From a virus: a stretch of DNA of 39,917 nucleotides. The notes under the pieces are model-generated. The model was not told the DNA's origin and ran no database searches. It saw nothing but the letters and a program-made list of their open reading frames with translations. Of the stretch, positions 1 through 8,621 are shown one piece after another. The stretch is taken from the IMG/VR virus record IMGVR_UViG_3300039071_000050, positions 1 to 39,917 of that record. The stretch is one strand, 5' to 3'. Each line of letters starts with the position of its first letter. Within the stretch, counting starts at the first letter, position 1. A program made the translations under genes and the position numbers.

Positions 1-107
1 GCGCCGCAGACAGCGACACGACCGCAGTAGCTGCCGCCCAGGTCAAGGTGCTGACCGCTTACATCTGAGGCGCGCCCCATGCTTTCGCTGCTGCTCAATC
101 TCGGCAC
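1..107. repeat. Terminal direct repeat copy 1 (assembly overlap of a circular or terminally redundant genome)
   Basis: Read directly: bases 1-107 (GCGCCGCAGACAGCGAC...CTCAATCTCGGCAC) are identical to 39811-39917. Contains the stop (66-68) of the CDS ending at 39878 and the ATG at 79. Confidence 0.95.
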
Positions 108-501
108 GGACTCGGGCGAGGTCGTCGAGCCTCCGGTAACGGGTGGCGGGCACGGCTTTGTGATCACCGACACGGCCCCTCGGCTGTGGTGGCAGAACAG
201 GCCCAAAGAGATACCGGAGAAGGCCGCGCAGAAGAAGGTCCGGCGCATCGCCAAGGCCATTGAGCGCGTCGCCAGAGAGCAGCCAGAGGCCGCTCCACAG
301 ATGCGCAAGGCTGTGCTGAAGGCCATCGAGCCGCAGCTACGGCAAATGCCAGGCTTCGACTGGGAGCCGATCTACCAAGCGATTCTGCTGGCCCTGCACA
401 TCAGGCGCCAGGAAGAGCTGCGCCAGGCTGAAGCGGCACGCATTGCCGAGGCCAGGCGCCGCGACGAAGAAGACGTATTCATCCTCCTGATGGCGGCCTA
501 G
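79..501 (+). CDS. Hypothetical head-module protein (140 aa)
   Basis: ORF track; ATG with GAGG 8 nt upstream. Arg/Glu-rich helical C-terminus. No recognisable domain. Confidence 0.6.
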   Translation: MLSLLLNLGTDSGEVVEPPVTGGGHGFVITDTAPRLWWQNRPKEIPEKAAQKKVRRIAKAIERVAREQPEAAPQMRKAVLKAIEPQLRQMPGFDWEPIYQAILLALHIRRQEELRQAEAARIAEARRRDEEDVFILLMAA

Positions 502-789
502 ATGACTGAGATCGACCTGTTGGAACAGCAATCGCGCGGCCAGACCGCCCTGCAACTGCTCGAAAACGAGCTGCTGAAGGAAGCCTTAGAGGCCATCGAG
601 AAGGAAATTTTTGACCAGTGGGTAGCTTGCCCGGCGCGCGACAAGGAGGGCAAAGAAGCCCTGTGGCAGCTGATCAAGACCAGCCGCAAGTTCCGCGACC
701 TGCTGAACGGGTACATCAACACCGGGAAGCTGGCCACCAACAAGCTGAAACAGATCGAAGAGAGCCGGCTGAAACGCCTGTTCCGCTGA
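502..789 (+). CDS. Hypothetical small helical head-module protein (95 aa), possibly Bbp19-like
   Basis: ATG directly abuts the previous stop (TAGATG). The pattern LLENELLKEALEAIEKEI..W resembles small head-module proteins of BPP-1-like podophages (recollection only). Confidence 0.55.
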   Translation: MTEIDLLEQQSRGQTALQLLENELLKEALEAIEKEIFDQWVACPARDKEGKEALWQLIKTSRKFRDLLNGYINTGKLATNKLKQIEESRLKRLFR

Positions 790-790
790 C

Positions 791-1045
791 ATGAAGCCAT
801 CGACTCGACACTACACCGGGCGCACCGAGCGCATGAGCTGGGCGACCAAGCGTTTCTTCCAGTACGTGGCCGCAGGCGGCGAAGTGGTGGGCAGTGGTTA
901 CGACTTTGCCTACGAAAGCCCCGAGCAAGAGCGTGCCCACGCCAAGCAGCTTCACGAAGCGTACCAAGTAACCGAGCCAGACAAGACGCTTGACGACTGG
1001 TTAGCAGTCGTAAAAGGCAACGGCAAAGCCCGCGCCTACATCTAG
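791..1045 (+). CDS. Hypothetical protein (84 aa)
   Basis: Starts 1 nt after the previous stop. High GC3. Followed by an intrinsic terminator. Confidence 0.55.
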   Translation: MKPSTRHYTGRTERMSWATKRFFQYVAAGGEVVGSGYDFAYESPEQERAHAKQLHEAYQVTEPDKTLDDWLAVVKGNGKARAYI

Positions 1046-1062
1046 CCAAGAGCAACCCCACG

Positions 1063-1087
1063 AACCCGCCTCCGAGCGGGTTTTTTT
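1063..1087 (+). terminator. Rho-independent terminator inside the late operon
   Basis: AACCCGC-CTCCGA-GCGGGTT stem-loop followed by a run of 7 T. Confidence 0.65.
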
Positions 1088-1121
1088 ATGCCCGCAAAAC
1101 GGGCGACTTCTGGAGTGAGTG

Positions 1122-1997
1122 ATGGACACCAACCAAGAAAATGGAGTGTCGCTGGACGATGTTTCCGAGCTTCTGGACGAAGCGCCCGAGCAGATCGAAG
1201 AAGGCGAGGTAGCCGAGGAAGAAGGACTCCCCGACGAGGGTGAGCAACCGGAGCCGGAGGCAGAAGACGACGGCGAGCTGGTCGAGATTGAGATCAAGGG
1301 CAAGACCTACCGGATTCCGAAGGAGGTCGAGTCCCAGCGTCTCATGCACAAGGACTACACCCAGAAGACCCAGGCGGCCGCCGAGCACCTTCGTGCCGTG
1401 AAGGAGCGTGAACACGTTCTGGAACAGCGCGAACAAGCGTTGGGCGCCTCCTTTGAGAAGGCAGTTGCGTTCCGCCAAGTGCAGGACCAGCTCGCCAAGT
1501 TCGAGGCCATCGACTGGAACCAGCTCGTCGACGCTGATCCGGTTCAGGCCCAAAAGCTGACCATTGCGTATCAACAGCTTCAGCGAGAGGCGCAAGCCAA
1601 GTACGCAGAGCTGCAGCAGACCCAGGCCCAGGTACAGCAACTGACGGAACACCAGCGTCAGCAAATGCTCGCCCAGGCTGAACAGGATCTGCGCGCACGC
1701 CTGCCGGACTTCGGACCGCAGACCGCCGAGCAGATCCGCAAGACAGCTCAAGAGCACTACGGGCTCAAGGCCGAAGAACTCGACGGCCTGATCGACGCCC
1801 GTCACGTCCACATTCTGCACGACGCCATGAAGTGGCGAGAGCTACAGGCCAAGCAGCCCGAAGCACTGCGGAAGGTGGCGCAGGCAGCCCCGGCAATCAA
1901 GCCGCAGGCCGCCCAACCCAAGCCCCGAACCAATCAAGCCGCCTACGACCGCCTGAAGAAGAATGGCCGCGTCGAGGATCTGGCTGCTTTGCTCTGA
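1122..1997 (+). CDS. Putative scaffolding protein (291 aa)
   Basis: The track start at 1119 is GTG; the ATG at 1122 has GGAG 6 nt upstream. Very acidic N-terminus (EEGEVAEEEGLPDEGEQPEPEAEDDGE), then a Gln/Ala-rich coiled-coil-like sequence. Lies immediately upstream of the capsid gene. Confidence 0.6.
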   Translation: MDTNQENGVSLDDVSELLDEAPEQIEEGEVAEEEGLPDEGEQPEPEAEDDGELVEIEIKGKTYRIPKEVESQRLMHKDYTQKTQAAAEHLRAVKEREHVLEQREQALGASFEKAVAFRQVQDQLAKFEAIDWNQLVDADPVQAQKLTIAYQQLQREAQAKYAELQQTQAQVQQLTEHQRQQMLAQAEQDLRARLPDFGPQTAEQIRKTAQEHYGLKAEELDGLIDARHVHILHDAMKWRELQAKQPEALRKVAQAAPAIKPQAAQPKPRTNQAAYDRLKKNGRVEDLAALL

Positions 1998-2009
1998 GGA
2001 GAGTGAATC

Positions 2010-2981
2010 ATGGCCCAACCCACCAATACCTTCGACTCCTACGATGCCGTAGGCAACCGCGAAGACCTGCAAGACAAGATCTACATGGTGTCGCCGGAAA
2101 AGACCCCTGTCGTTTCCGCGATCCGTCGCTTCAAGGCTACCAACCGCCTGCACGAATGGCAGCGCGACAACCTGGCCACCCCGAACAAGGACAACGCCGT
2201 AATCGAAGGCGATGACCGCACCGGTACCGCGCTGACTCCGACCGAGCGCGTGGCCAACACCGTGCAGCTGTTCGACAAGGTGGCCGTGGTTGCCAGCACT
2301 CAGGAGAAAATCAAGTCCGCTGGCCGTTCCTCGGAGATGAAGTACCAAGTCTCCAAGTGCATGGTCGAGCTGAAGCGCGACCTGGAGGCTATGGTGCTGT
2401 CGGCCAACCCGGCAGTGCAGGGCAACAGCTCCACCGCTCGTAAGTCGGCCGGTCTGGGTGTGCTGCTGTTCACCAACACCAGCCACGGCGCCAGCGGCTC
2501 GACCGCTTCGCACACCTCTGGCCTGGCCACCACTGCCCCGACCGCTGGTACTGCCCGCGCCTTCGCTGAGGCCCAGCTGAAGGCTGTGATGCAGAACATC
2601 TACACCAACAGCGGCGAAATGCCGTCGATCATCAGCATGACCCCGAGCCACAAGGCGGGCTTCTCGGCCTTCTCCGGTATCGCCGTGAACCGCTTCAATG
2701 TGGCCAAGGGCAAGCAGGGCGTGATCGTCGGCGGCGCTGACGTGTACATGTCCGACTTCGGCGAGCTGACCGTGGTGCCGAACTACGTCCAGACCACTGC
2801 CAACAACAGCAACGTGTTCATCCTGAACCCGGAGTACGCCGGCGTCGCCTACCTGGGCGGCTTCAAGTCGGAAGCCCTGGCCAAGACCGGCCACACCGAG
2901 AAGGAGCTGGTCTCCGTCGAGGCGTGCCTGGTGGTCACCTCCGAAAAAGCCCACGGCAAGATCGCTGATCTGACCGCCTAA
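2010..2981 (+). CDS. Major capsid protein, DUF5309/SU10-type (HK97 fold)
   Basis: 323 aa. The N-terminus TFDSYDAVGNREDLQDKIYMVSPEKTPV...EWQRDNLA matches my recollection of the DUF5309 coat family. RBS GAGGAG; strong terminator downstream. Confidence 0.8.
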   Translation: MAQPTNTFDSYDAVGNREDLQDKIYMVSPEKTPVVSAIRRFKATNRLHEWQRDNLATPNKDNAVIEGDDRTGTALTPTERVANTVQLFDKVAVVASTQEKIKSAGRSSEMKYQVSKCMVELKRDLEAMVLSANPAVQGNSSTARKSAGLGVLLFTNTSHGASGSTASHTSGLATTAPTAGTARAFAEAQLKAVMQNIYTNSGEMPSIISMTPSHKAGFSAFSGIAVNRFNVAKGKQGVIVGGADVYMSDFGELTVVPNYVQTTANNSNVFILNPEYAGVAYLGGFKSEALAKTGHTEKELVSVEACLVVTSEKAHGKIADLTA

Positions 2982-2996
2982 CGGCTGCTGGACCTG

Positions 2997-3024
2997 GAAG
3001 GGGGCTTCGGCCCCCTTTCTTTTT
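2997..3024 (+). terminator. Rho-independent terminator after the capsid gene
   Basis: AAGGGGGC-TTCG-GCCCCCTT hairpin followed by TCTTTTT. Confidence 0.7.
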
Positions 3025-3045
3025 GCCCGCCCAAAAGGGGGACAC

Positions 3046-3342
3046 ATGACCAAGGTCACAGAACACGACGCAGAGACGGGGATCACCACGTCTGTGCATT
3101 ACCTCGATGGCAAGACCGTTATCGAGAAGAGCTACGACGCTCAGCCGCTGCTCGACACCGCCGCCGAAATGCGCGCCGAGACCGAGGGCCAGCGCTGGGG
3201 CGAGATGCGCCACGTCGGGTTCATCCCGATGGCCGAGCTCGGGAAGATGATGCGCCAGGACGGCGGCTTCGATCATGAGCGCGTTGTCGCCTGGCTCAAG
3301 GCCAACCCGAAACTGGCCACCTTCAGCAGGCTGCTCAAATGA
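3046..3342 (+). CDS. Hypothetical virion-module protein (98 aa)
   Basis: ORF track; GGGGGA RBS. ATGA overlap with the next gene. Confidence 0.6.
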   Translation: MTKVTEHDAETGITTSVHYLDGKTVIEKSYDAQPLLDTAAEMRAETEGQRWGEMRHVGFIPMAELGKMMRQDGGFDHERVVAWLKANPKLATFSRLLK

Positions 3343-3908
3343 ACTACACCCAGATCAGCGACAAAATCGCGGACTGGATGAACCGCAGCGACCTTACCGC
3401 GCGCATTCCGGACTTCATTGAGCTGGCAGAGGAGCGCATGAACCGTGCGCTGCGTGTGCGCCAGATGGAAAGCATGCTGGCGGCAACTGCGATCACGGAC
3501 AACATCATCACGCCGGCCGCTGATGTGGTTGACGTGAAGGCGCTGTGGGTGCCGAACTACGAGCGCACGCCGCTGAAGCCGCAGGGGCTGGAATCGGTCA
3601 TCGCTGGCGGCTACCAGGGAACCCCAACCATGTACGCATGGGACGGCGCCAATCTGCGCTTTGACGGCGCCGGCGACGTGCAGGGCGTGCTGTATGTGCG
3701 CATCCCGGCCCTGGCCACGGCTACCACGAATTGGGTCAGCGAAGGCCCGTGGAGCCTGTACCTGTGGGGCGCGCTGATGGAGGCCTCGCTGTTCGTCAAG
3801 GACGACGCCGACGCCGCCAAGTACGAAGGCCGCTTCAGCCAGGTGCTGGAAGAGCTGCGCGGCAATGAGCAGCGCCGTTCTGGCCCGATGGTGGCGAGGG
3901 CGCGCTGA
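3339..3908 (+). CDS. Putative head-to-tail adaptor protein (189 aa)
   Basis: The N-terminus ISDKIADWMNRSDLTARIPDFIELAEERMNR resembles phage adaptor/head-completion proteins (recollection). Lies between the capsid and tail genes. Confidence 0.5.
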   Translation: MNYTQISDKIADWMNRSDLTARIPDFIELAEERMNRALRVRQMESMLAATAITDNIITPAADVVDVKALWVPNYERTPLKPQGLESVIAGGYQGTPTMYAWDGANLRFDGAGDVQGVLYVRIPALATATTNWVSEGPWSLYLWGALMEASLFVKDDADAAKYEGRFSQVLEELRGNEQRRSGPMVARAR

Positions 3909-5353
3909 TGATCCCTGTGATTGGCTTTGCGCCCGACGCTGACCAGACTGCAGCCGGCCTGATTTCGAGCTGTTCCAACCTGGTGCCGTACCTGAACGGC
4001 ATGGAAGGCGGCCCGACTCCGGCTACCCCGAGCGGTACTCCTGCGTTGGCTGCTGAATGCCTGGGCGCGGCTGTGGTGTCCAAGCTGGACGATACGCGCC
4101 GGATCATCGCCGGCACTGCGACTCGGCTCTATGAGCTGTCGTCCGGCTCCTGGGTGGACCGCTCCCGGGTAGGCAACTACTCGGGCGGTATCGATACCCG
4201 CTGGTCGATCACGCAATTCGGCGACACCACCCTGGCCGCGAACCGCGCCGAGGTGATCCAGACCTCGAACGGCGGCGCGTTCTCTGACATTGCAACCGCT
4301 CCGAAGGCCGAGATTATCTTCTCGGTCGGCTCGTTCGTGATGGCGCTGAACACCAACGACGGCAGCGAGAAGCCGGACGGCTGGCACTGCTGCGCCGCGT
4401 TCGATGCGTCCAACTGGACGCCGAGCATCACCACTCAGGCCGCCTCTGGGCGCCTTGTGGCTACGGCTGGCCGCCTTACCGCAGGCCTGCGCCTGGGTGA
4501 GTACGCCATCGCCTACAAGCGCCGGTCGATCTATCTGGGCCAGTACGTTGGCGCCCCGGCTGTCTGGAACTGGATCCAAGTCCCTGGCGGCGACGCCGGC
4601 TGTGTCGGCAAGGAAGCGATCTGCGACATCGGCGGCGCTCACTTCTTCGTCGGCGAGGACAATCTGTGGATCTTCGACGGTACGCGGCCTGTCCCGGTAG
4701 CAGAGGGGATCGTCAAGCAGTGGTTCAACGACAACTGCAACCCGCAGTACCGGCAGCGGACCATCTGCACCTATGACCGCAATCGCGGCCTGGTGTGGGT
4801 GTTCTTCCCGTCGAACAGTGCGGAAAAGCCCGATTCGGCGCTGGTCTACCACGTCGAGGGCAAGAAGTGGGGCGTGGCCAACCGTTCCGTAGAGGCCGCG
4901 CTGAACTATGTGCAGCCGGGCGTCACGATTGACGGCCTGACCGCCTTCTCGGCGACCATCGACGGCCTGACCGCGTTCTCGTTCGACTCGCAGTTCTGGC
5001 TGTCCGGTGGCCGCTCGCTGGCCATCTTCGACACTTCGCACCAGCTGCAGTCGATGACCGGGCCGTCTGACGCCTGCGCGTTCACGACTGGCGAGGTTGG
5101 CGACGACTACGCCGTGTCTCGGCTGCGCGGCATCCGTTTGCGCTATGCCCAGGCGCCGGCTACGGCCTCGGCTCAGGTGTTTGCCCAGCAGAACTCCGGA
5201 ACCGGGTTCACCTCGACCGGTACCGGCTCGGTGCTCGACGGCAAGTTCGACGTGCGGCAGACGGCGCGCTGGCACAAGGCGACGTTCAACTTCACCGGGC
5301 CGGTACGGATCACCCACATGGACGCCGACGTGGCGCCGGCAGGGCTGCGCTGA
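3908..5353 (+). CDS. Putative tail tubular/nozzle protein (481 aa, beta-rich)
   Basis: TGATG junction with the adaptor gene. Repeated strand-like Gly/Trp patterns. Position is typical of podovirus nozzle proteins. Contains an in-frame 10-aa tandem duplication. Confidence 0.45.
   Translation: MIPVIGFAPDADQTAAGLISSCSNLVPYLNGMEGGPTPATPSGTPALAAECLGAAVVSKLDDTRRIIAGTATRLYELSSGSWVDRSRVGNYSGGIDTRWSITQFGDTTLAANRAEVIQTSNGGAFSDIATAPKAEIIFSVGSFVMALNTNDGSEKPDGWHCCAAFDASNWTPSITTQAASGRLVATAGRLTAGLRLGEYAIAYKRRSIYLGQYVGAPAVWNWIQVPGGDAGCVGKEAICDIGGAHFFVGEDNLWIFDGTRPVPVAEGIVKQWFNDNCNPQYRQRTICTYDRNRGLVWVFFPSNSAEKPDSALVYHVEGKKWGVANRSVEAALNYVQPGVTIDGLTAFSATIDGLTAFSFDSQFWLSGGRSLAIFDTSHQLQSMTGPSDACAFTTGEVGDDYAVSRLRGIRLRYAQAPATASAQVFAQQNSGTGFTSTGTGSVLDGKFDVRQTARWHKATFNFTGPVRITHMDADVAPAGLR
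4925..4984 (+). repeat. In-frame 30-bp x 2 tandem duplication (TIDGLTAFSA / TIDGLTAFSF)
   Basis: acgattgacggcctgaccgccttctcggcg / accatcgacggcctgaccgcgttctcgttc. The first 27 nt differ only at three synonymous third positions. Confidence 0.9.
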
Positions 5354-5649
5354 TGGCCAAGTGTCGTACGACTCCTCTGGTAGGCGTTACCGATGCGGTA
5401 CTGCAGCGCGAACTGCGCGAGTACGCACTGCAGATCAACCTGCTGTCAGAGGGCCGGATTGCAGCCTTCTACCAGGCGGCGACCGCTGCTCCGACTTCCG
5501 GCGATTGGGCGCGCGGCGACTTCGTGCTGAACGCCGAGCCGTCCGAGCTGGGCTCCGCTGGCTCGAAATACATCATCCATGGCTGGCGCTGCACGGTATC
5601 GGGCACGCCCGGCACGTGGGTGCAGTGCCGCTTCCTGACGGGTGCCTGA
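5353..5649 (+). CDS. Hypothetical virion protein (98 aa)
   Basis: TGATG junction upstream. The C-terminal pattern GSKYIIHGWRCTVSGTPGTWVQCRFLTG is common in small phage structural proteins (recollection). Confidence 0.55.
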   Translation: MAKCRTTPLVGVTDAVLQRELREYALQINLLSEGRIAAFYQAATAAPTSGDWARGDFVLNAEPSELGSAGSKYIIHGWRCTVSGTPGTWVQCRFLTGA

Positions 5650-6056
5650 TGAAGCTGATACCGATCCCGGCCACACATATCGATTTCGCGTGGCGCGATG
5701 GCGCGCACGTGCTTTCCAAGGCCTGCGACGTGTCGGGCGGGGAGATTACCGGCGACCAGCTGAAACTGATCCTGGCCCGGGGCGAGCGCACGCTGCTGCG
5801 CCTCGATGACGACGAAACACCGGTCGGCTGGGCTGTGGTCCGCGTCGACCAGCTCCCGAATATGCGCGTGATGATGGTCACCGATCTTGTCGCGCCTGGC
5901 GGCTACTTCGACCGCTGCCTAGAGCCACTGCGCGAGATTTCCCGCGCGTTCGGCTGCTCCGTTATCCGCTGCGCGGCCAAGCCGGCCCAGCAGCGCCTCT
6001 ATCAACACAAATGCGGCTTCAAGCCGGTCTATCAGATTCTGGAGGTTTCCGTATGA
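5649..6056 (+). CDS. GNAT-like acetyltransferase-fold protein (135 aa), tentative
   Basis: Only the 3' part of track ORF 5097..6056 is used: the ATG at 5649 overlaps the previous stop (TGATG). The C-terminus AKPAQQRLYQHKCGFKPVYQILEV fits the GNAT alpha4-beta6 pattern; the preceding LVAPGGYFDRCLEPL is a degenerate motif A. Confidence 0.4.
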   Translation: MKLIPIPATHIDFAWRDGAHVLSKACDVSGGEITGDQLKLILARGERTLLRLDDDETPVGWAVVRVDQLPNMRVMMVTDLVAPGGYFDRCLEPLREISRAFGCSVIRCAAKPAQQRLYQHKCGFKPVYQILEVSV

Positions 6057-6739
6057 GCGGCGGCGGCGACAGCGGCAAGAGCACCACCACGACCGAGATC
6101 CCGCAAGAGCTGAAGCCTCTTGCCACGGCCTACACCAACAAGGCTCTGGAGCTGAGCAAGCAGGGGTTCAACCCGTACAAGGGCCAGCGTTTCGAGAACC
6201 TGAACCAGTGGCAGCTCGACGCGCTGAACCAGACCCGAGACCGAGCCATGCAAGGCTCTGCGACGGTGAACAACGCCGAGGCGCAGCTCAACAACATCAT
6301 CTCCGGGGGCAACACCAACCCCTACCTTGACCAGATGGTGGGCAAGGCCCAGGACTCGGTACGCTCGCAGTTCAATACCGGCGCCGTGAACTCGGGCAGC
6401 TTCGGCAACTCCGGTCTGCAAGAGCAGTTCGCCAACAACCTGGGCGACGTGGCCACGCAGATGTACGGCCAAGCCTACGAAACCGACCGCAACCGCCAGA
6501 TGCAGGGCATCGGCATGGCGCAGCAGTTCGGCAACCAGGCCTATCAGGACGCCGCGCAGCTGATGAACGCCGGCCAGACCGTGCAAGACCAGTTCCAGCA
6601 GGCCCGCGACTTCAACTACCAGCAGTTCCAAGAGCGCGCCGACCATCCGTATAAGCAGCTGGCCGCGATGGCTGGCGTGTTCGGCTCTGGCCTTGGCCAG
6701 ACTTCGACGACCAAGAGTTCCGGTGGAGGTGGCAAATGA
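6053..6739 (+). CDS. Putative internal virion/ejection protein (228 aa, Gln/Asn/Gly-rich)
   Basis: ATGA overlap with the previous gene. Low-complexity Q/N/G-rich composition. Lies between the nozzle and tail fibre genes. Confidence 0.5.
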   Translation: MSGGGDSGKSTTTTEIPQELKPLATAYTNKALELSKQGFNPYKGQRFENLNQWQLDALNQTRDRAMQGSATVNNAEAQLNNIISGGNTNPYLDQMVGKAQDSVRSQFNTGAVNSGSFGNSGLQEQFANNLGDVATQMYGQAYETDRNRQMQGIGMAQQFGNQAYQDAAQLMNAGQTVQDQFQQARDFNYQQFQERADHPYKQLAAMAGVFGSGLGQTSTTKSSGGGGK

Positions 6740-7434
6740 GTTTCCTGGGCAATCTGGGCAGCTTTGAGGCGTTCAACCTCAAGGGCATGCTGAATCAGGT
6801 CAAGGACAACCCGGCTCGCCTGTTTTACGGCTCGGCTGACCCGCTCTCGACCAAGGTCTGGAACAAGATTCTGGGCACGGACGACAAACCGCTGATCGAC
6901 CAGTGGGGCGGGGCGGCCAAGCACCGGTACCAAGAGGCCGAGGACGCCGGAATCGACACCAGCGCAGGCCGTACCGGGCACAACGTGGCCAAGACCATCG
7001 CGTCCTTCTACGCGGGCGGCTACGGCGCGGACAAGGCGGGCGGCCTGCTGGGCAGTGGCGGCGGCGGGTCTGCAACCTGGGCAGACGGCGCCGGCAAAGT
7101 CGTCGGCCAGGCTCCCGGCTCGGGCAGCGGCATGATCGGTGGCGCGCAGAGCCAGCCCGGCCTGCTGAGCACCTTCGGCGACAAGCTGTCGAGCGCCAAC
7201 CAGACCATGAAGCCCTACATGGACGCCTACCAGATGGGCCAGCAGTTCATGCCGCAGGGCCAGCAGGCGCCTCAAGCCCAGCCGTCGCCCGTGATGGCGC
7301 AGAGCATGGGCGGCGGGCCTGAGGCCCTGGCTGCGCTGGCCAACCAAGGCCGCCAGGCGCAACAAACCACCATGCAAAACGCTGCCTCGGCCCGTGAGGC
7401 GCGCAAGGCACAACGTCGAGGGCTGCTGGGATGA
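6736..7434 (+). CDS. Putative internal virion/ejection protein (232 aa, Gly-rich)
   Basis: ATGA overlap. GGGGS and QQ-rich tracts. Confidence 0.5.
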   Translation: MSFLGNLGSFEAFNLKGMLNQVKDNPARLFYGSADPLSTKVWNKILGTDDKPLIDQWGGAAKHRYQEAEDAGIDTSAGRTGHNVAKTIASFYAGGYGADKAGGLLGSGGGGSATWADGAGKVVGQAPGSGSGMIGGAQSQPGLLSTFGDKLSSANQTMKPYMDAYQMGQQFMPQGQQAPQAQPSPVMAQSMGGGPEALAALANQGRQAQQTTMQNAASAREARKAQRRGLLG

Positions 7435-8621
7435 TGCAAGGTCTGCTGGATTTCGCCAAATCGCCCGCTGGCGTGGGCCTGCTGTCGGCTGTGGCCGGTG
7501 GTCTGGCTGGCGCCCGCCGTGGCGCACCGTTGAACACCCTGGGTGCTGCTGGGCTGGCTGGACTCGCCGGCTACAACTCGGCCAGCGCCATTCAGGAGGA
7601 CCAGTTGAAGCGCGCGCAGTCGGAGAAGGTGCGCGAGGCCATCCCGACGCTGTACAAGCAAGGCCCGGACGGATCCATGAAGTTCGATTCGATGGCGGCG
7701 CTGCAGCTCGGTATCGACCCCAAGGCCATCGCTGACTATGCCTCTGTACCGAATGCCGGCCGCGCCAAGGTCGCCCGTACTCAGGAGGTGATGGGGCCGA
7801 ACGGCATGAAGCAGATCGTCCAGCTCGACGACTACGGCCAGCAGGTCGGCGGCGGCCTGGACGGCTATGTTGCGCCGCAGATGGTCGATACCGGCGACCG
7901 GAAGATGTTCGTCACGCCGGCCGCAGGGCAGTCGTTCGACGTTGGCCTGTCGCCTGACCAGGTGCTCGCCAATCAGCGCGGCATGGCAAGCCTGGCCCTG
8001 CGCGACCAGAACAACCGCATCCTGGCCGAAGCAAACGACATCAACCGCATGGCCGCCCGCACGCAGATCGTTTCCGGCGCTGACGGTACCCAATACCTCG
8101 TCGACAAGGGCACCGGAGAGGCCCGCCCGGCCACGAACCAGCAAGGCGCGCCGGTCAAGGCTGGCCAGGCTGCAGAGGACGCCAACAAGCGCGTGCGCGA
8201 TGCCAACGACTCGGTAGAGCTGATCAAGATCGCCCGCGAGACGCTGCCAGGCGCCACCGGAAGCGGTATCGGCGCGGCGGCTGACACTACTGGCCGCTTT
8301 TTCGGCTTGACCTCTGACAGCGCGCAGAAGGCCGCACAGCTCGAAGCCCTCGGCGGCGCCCTGGTGATGAAGATGCCGCGCATGGAAGGCCCGCAGTCGA
8401 ACCTCGACCAGCTGCTGTACCGCGAAATGGCCGGCAAGATCGGCGACCGCACGGTTCCGATTGCCGAGCGCGAGGCCGCGCTGCAGACCGTCGAGCAGTT
8501 GCTGGGCAAGTACGCCACCAACCGCCCGCAGGAGCAGCCGAAAGCCGCTGCCGGCGCATTCGCCGACCCTGACAAGGAAGCCCGTTATCAAGAGTGGAAG
8601 CGCAGCCAAGGGGTGCAGTGA
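7431..8621 (+). CDS. Putative internal virion/ejection protein (396 aa)
   Basis: ATGA overlap. N-terminal Gly/Ala hydrophobic segment (GVGLLSAVAGGLAGA). Confidence 0.5.
   Translation: MMQGLLDFAKSPAGVGLLSAVAGGLAGARRGAPLNTLGAAGLAGLAGYNSASAIQEDQLKRAQSEKVREAIPTLYKQGPDGSMKFDSMAALQLGIDPKAIADYASVPNAGRAKVARTQEVMGPNGMKQIVQLDDYGQQVGGGLDGYVAPQMVDTGDRKMFVTPAAGQSFDVGLSPDQVLANQRGMASLALRDQNNRILAEANDINRMAARTQIVSGADGTQYLVDKGTGEARPATNQQGAPVKAGQAAEDANKRVRDANDSVELIKIARETLPGATGSGIGAAADTTGRFFGLTSDSAQKAAQLEALGGALVMKMPRMEGPQSNLDQLLYREMAGKIGDRTVPIAEREAALQTVEQLLGKYATNRPQEQPKAAAGAFADPDKEARYQEWKRSQGVQ

Noticed and set aside
4925-4984. Possible diversity-generating retroelement (template/variable repeat) in a tail protein.
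   Set aside because: There is no reverse transcriptase anywhere in the genome. The repeats are adjacent and in frame. Their differences are not adenine-specific.
3611-5317. 568-aa ORF on the minus strand opposite the nozzle-like gene. Similar long antisense ORFs occur at 1842-3089, 7272-8609, 25698-26981, 31966-33564 and 35276-36562.
   Set aside because: These are typical shadow ORFs of GC-rich DNA. They are Arg/Ala/Gly/Pro-rich and low in complexity, with no RBS. Each lies exactly antisense to a gene with clear homology motifs (capsid, DnaB, TerL, SGNH).
5097-5648. Long N-terminal extension of track ORF 5097-6056.
   Set aside because: The extension is Arg/Pro-rich and overlaps two well-supported genes in other frames. 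Only the part from the ATG at 5649 (TGATG junction) looks coding.
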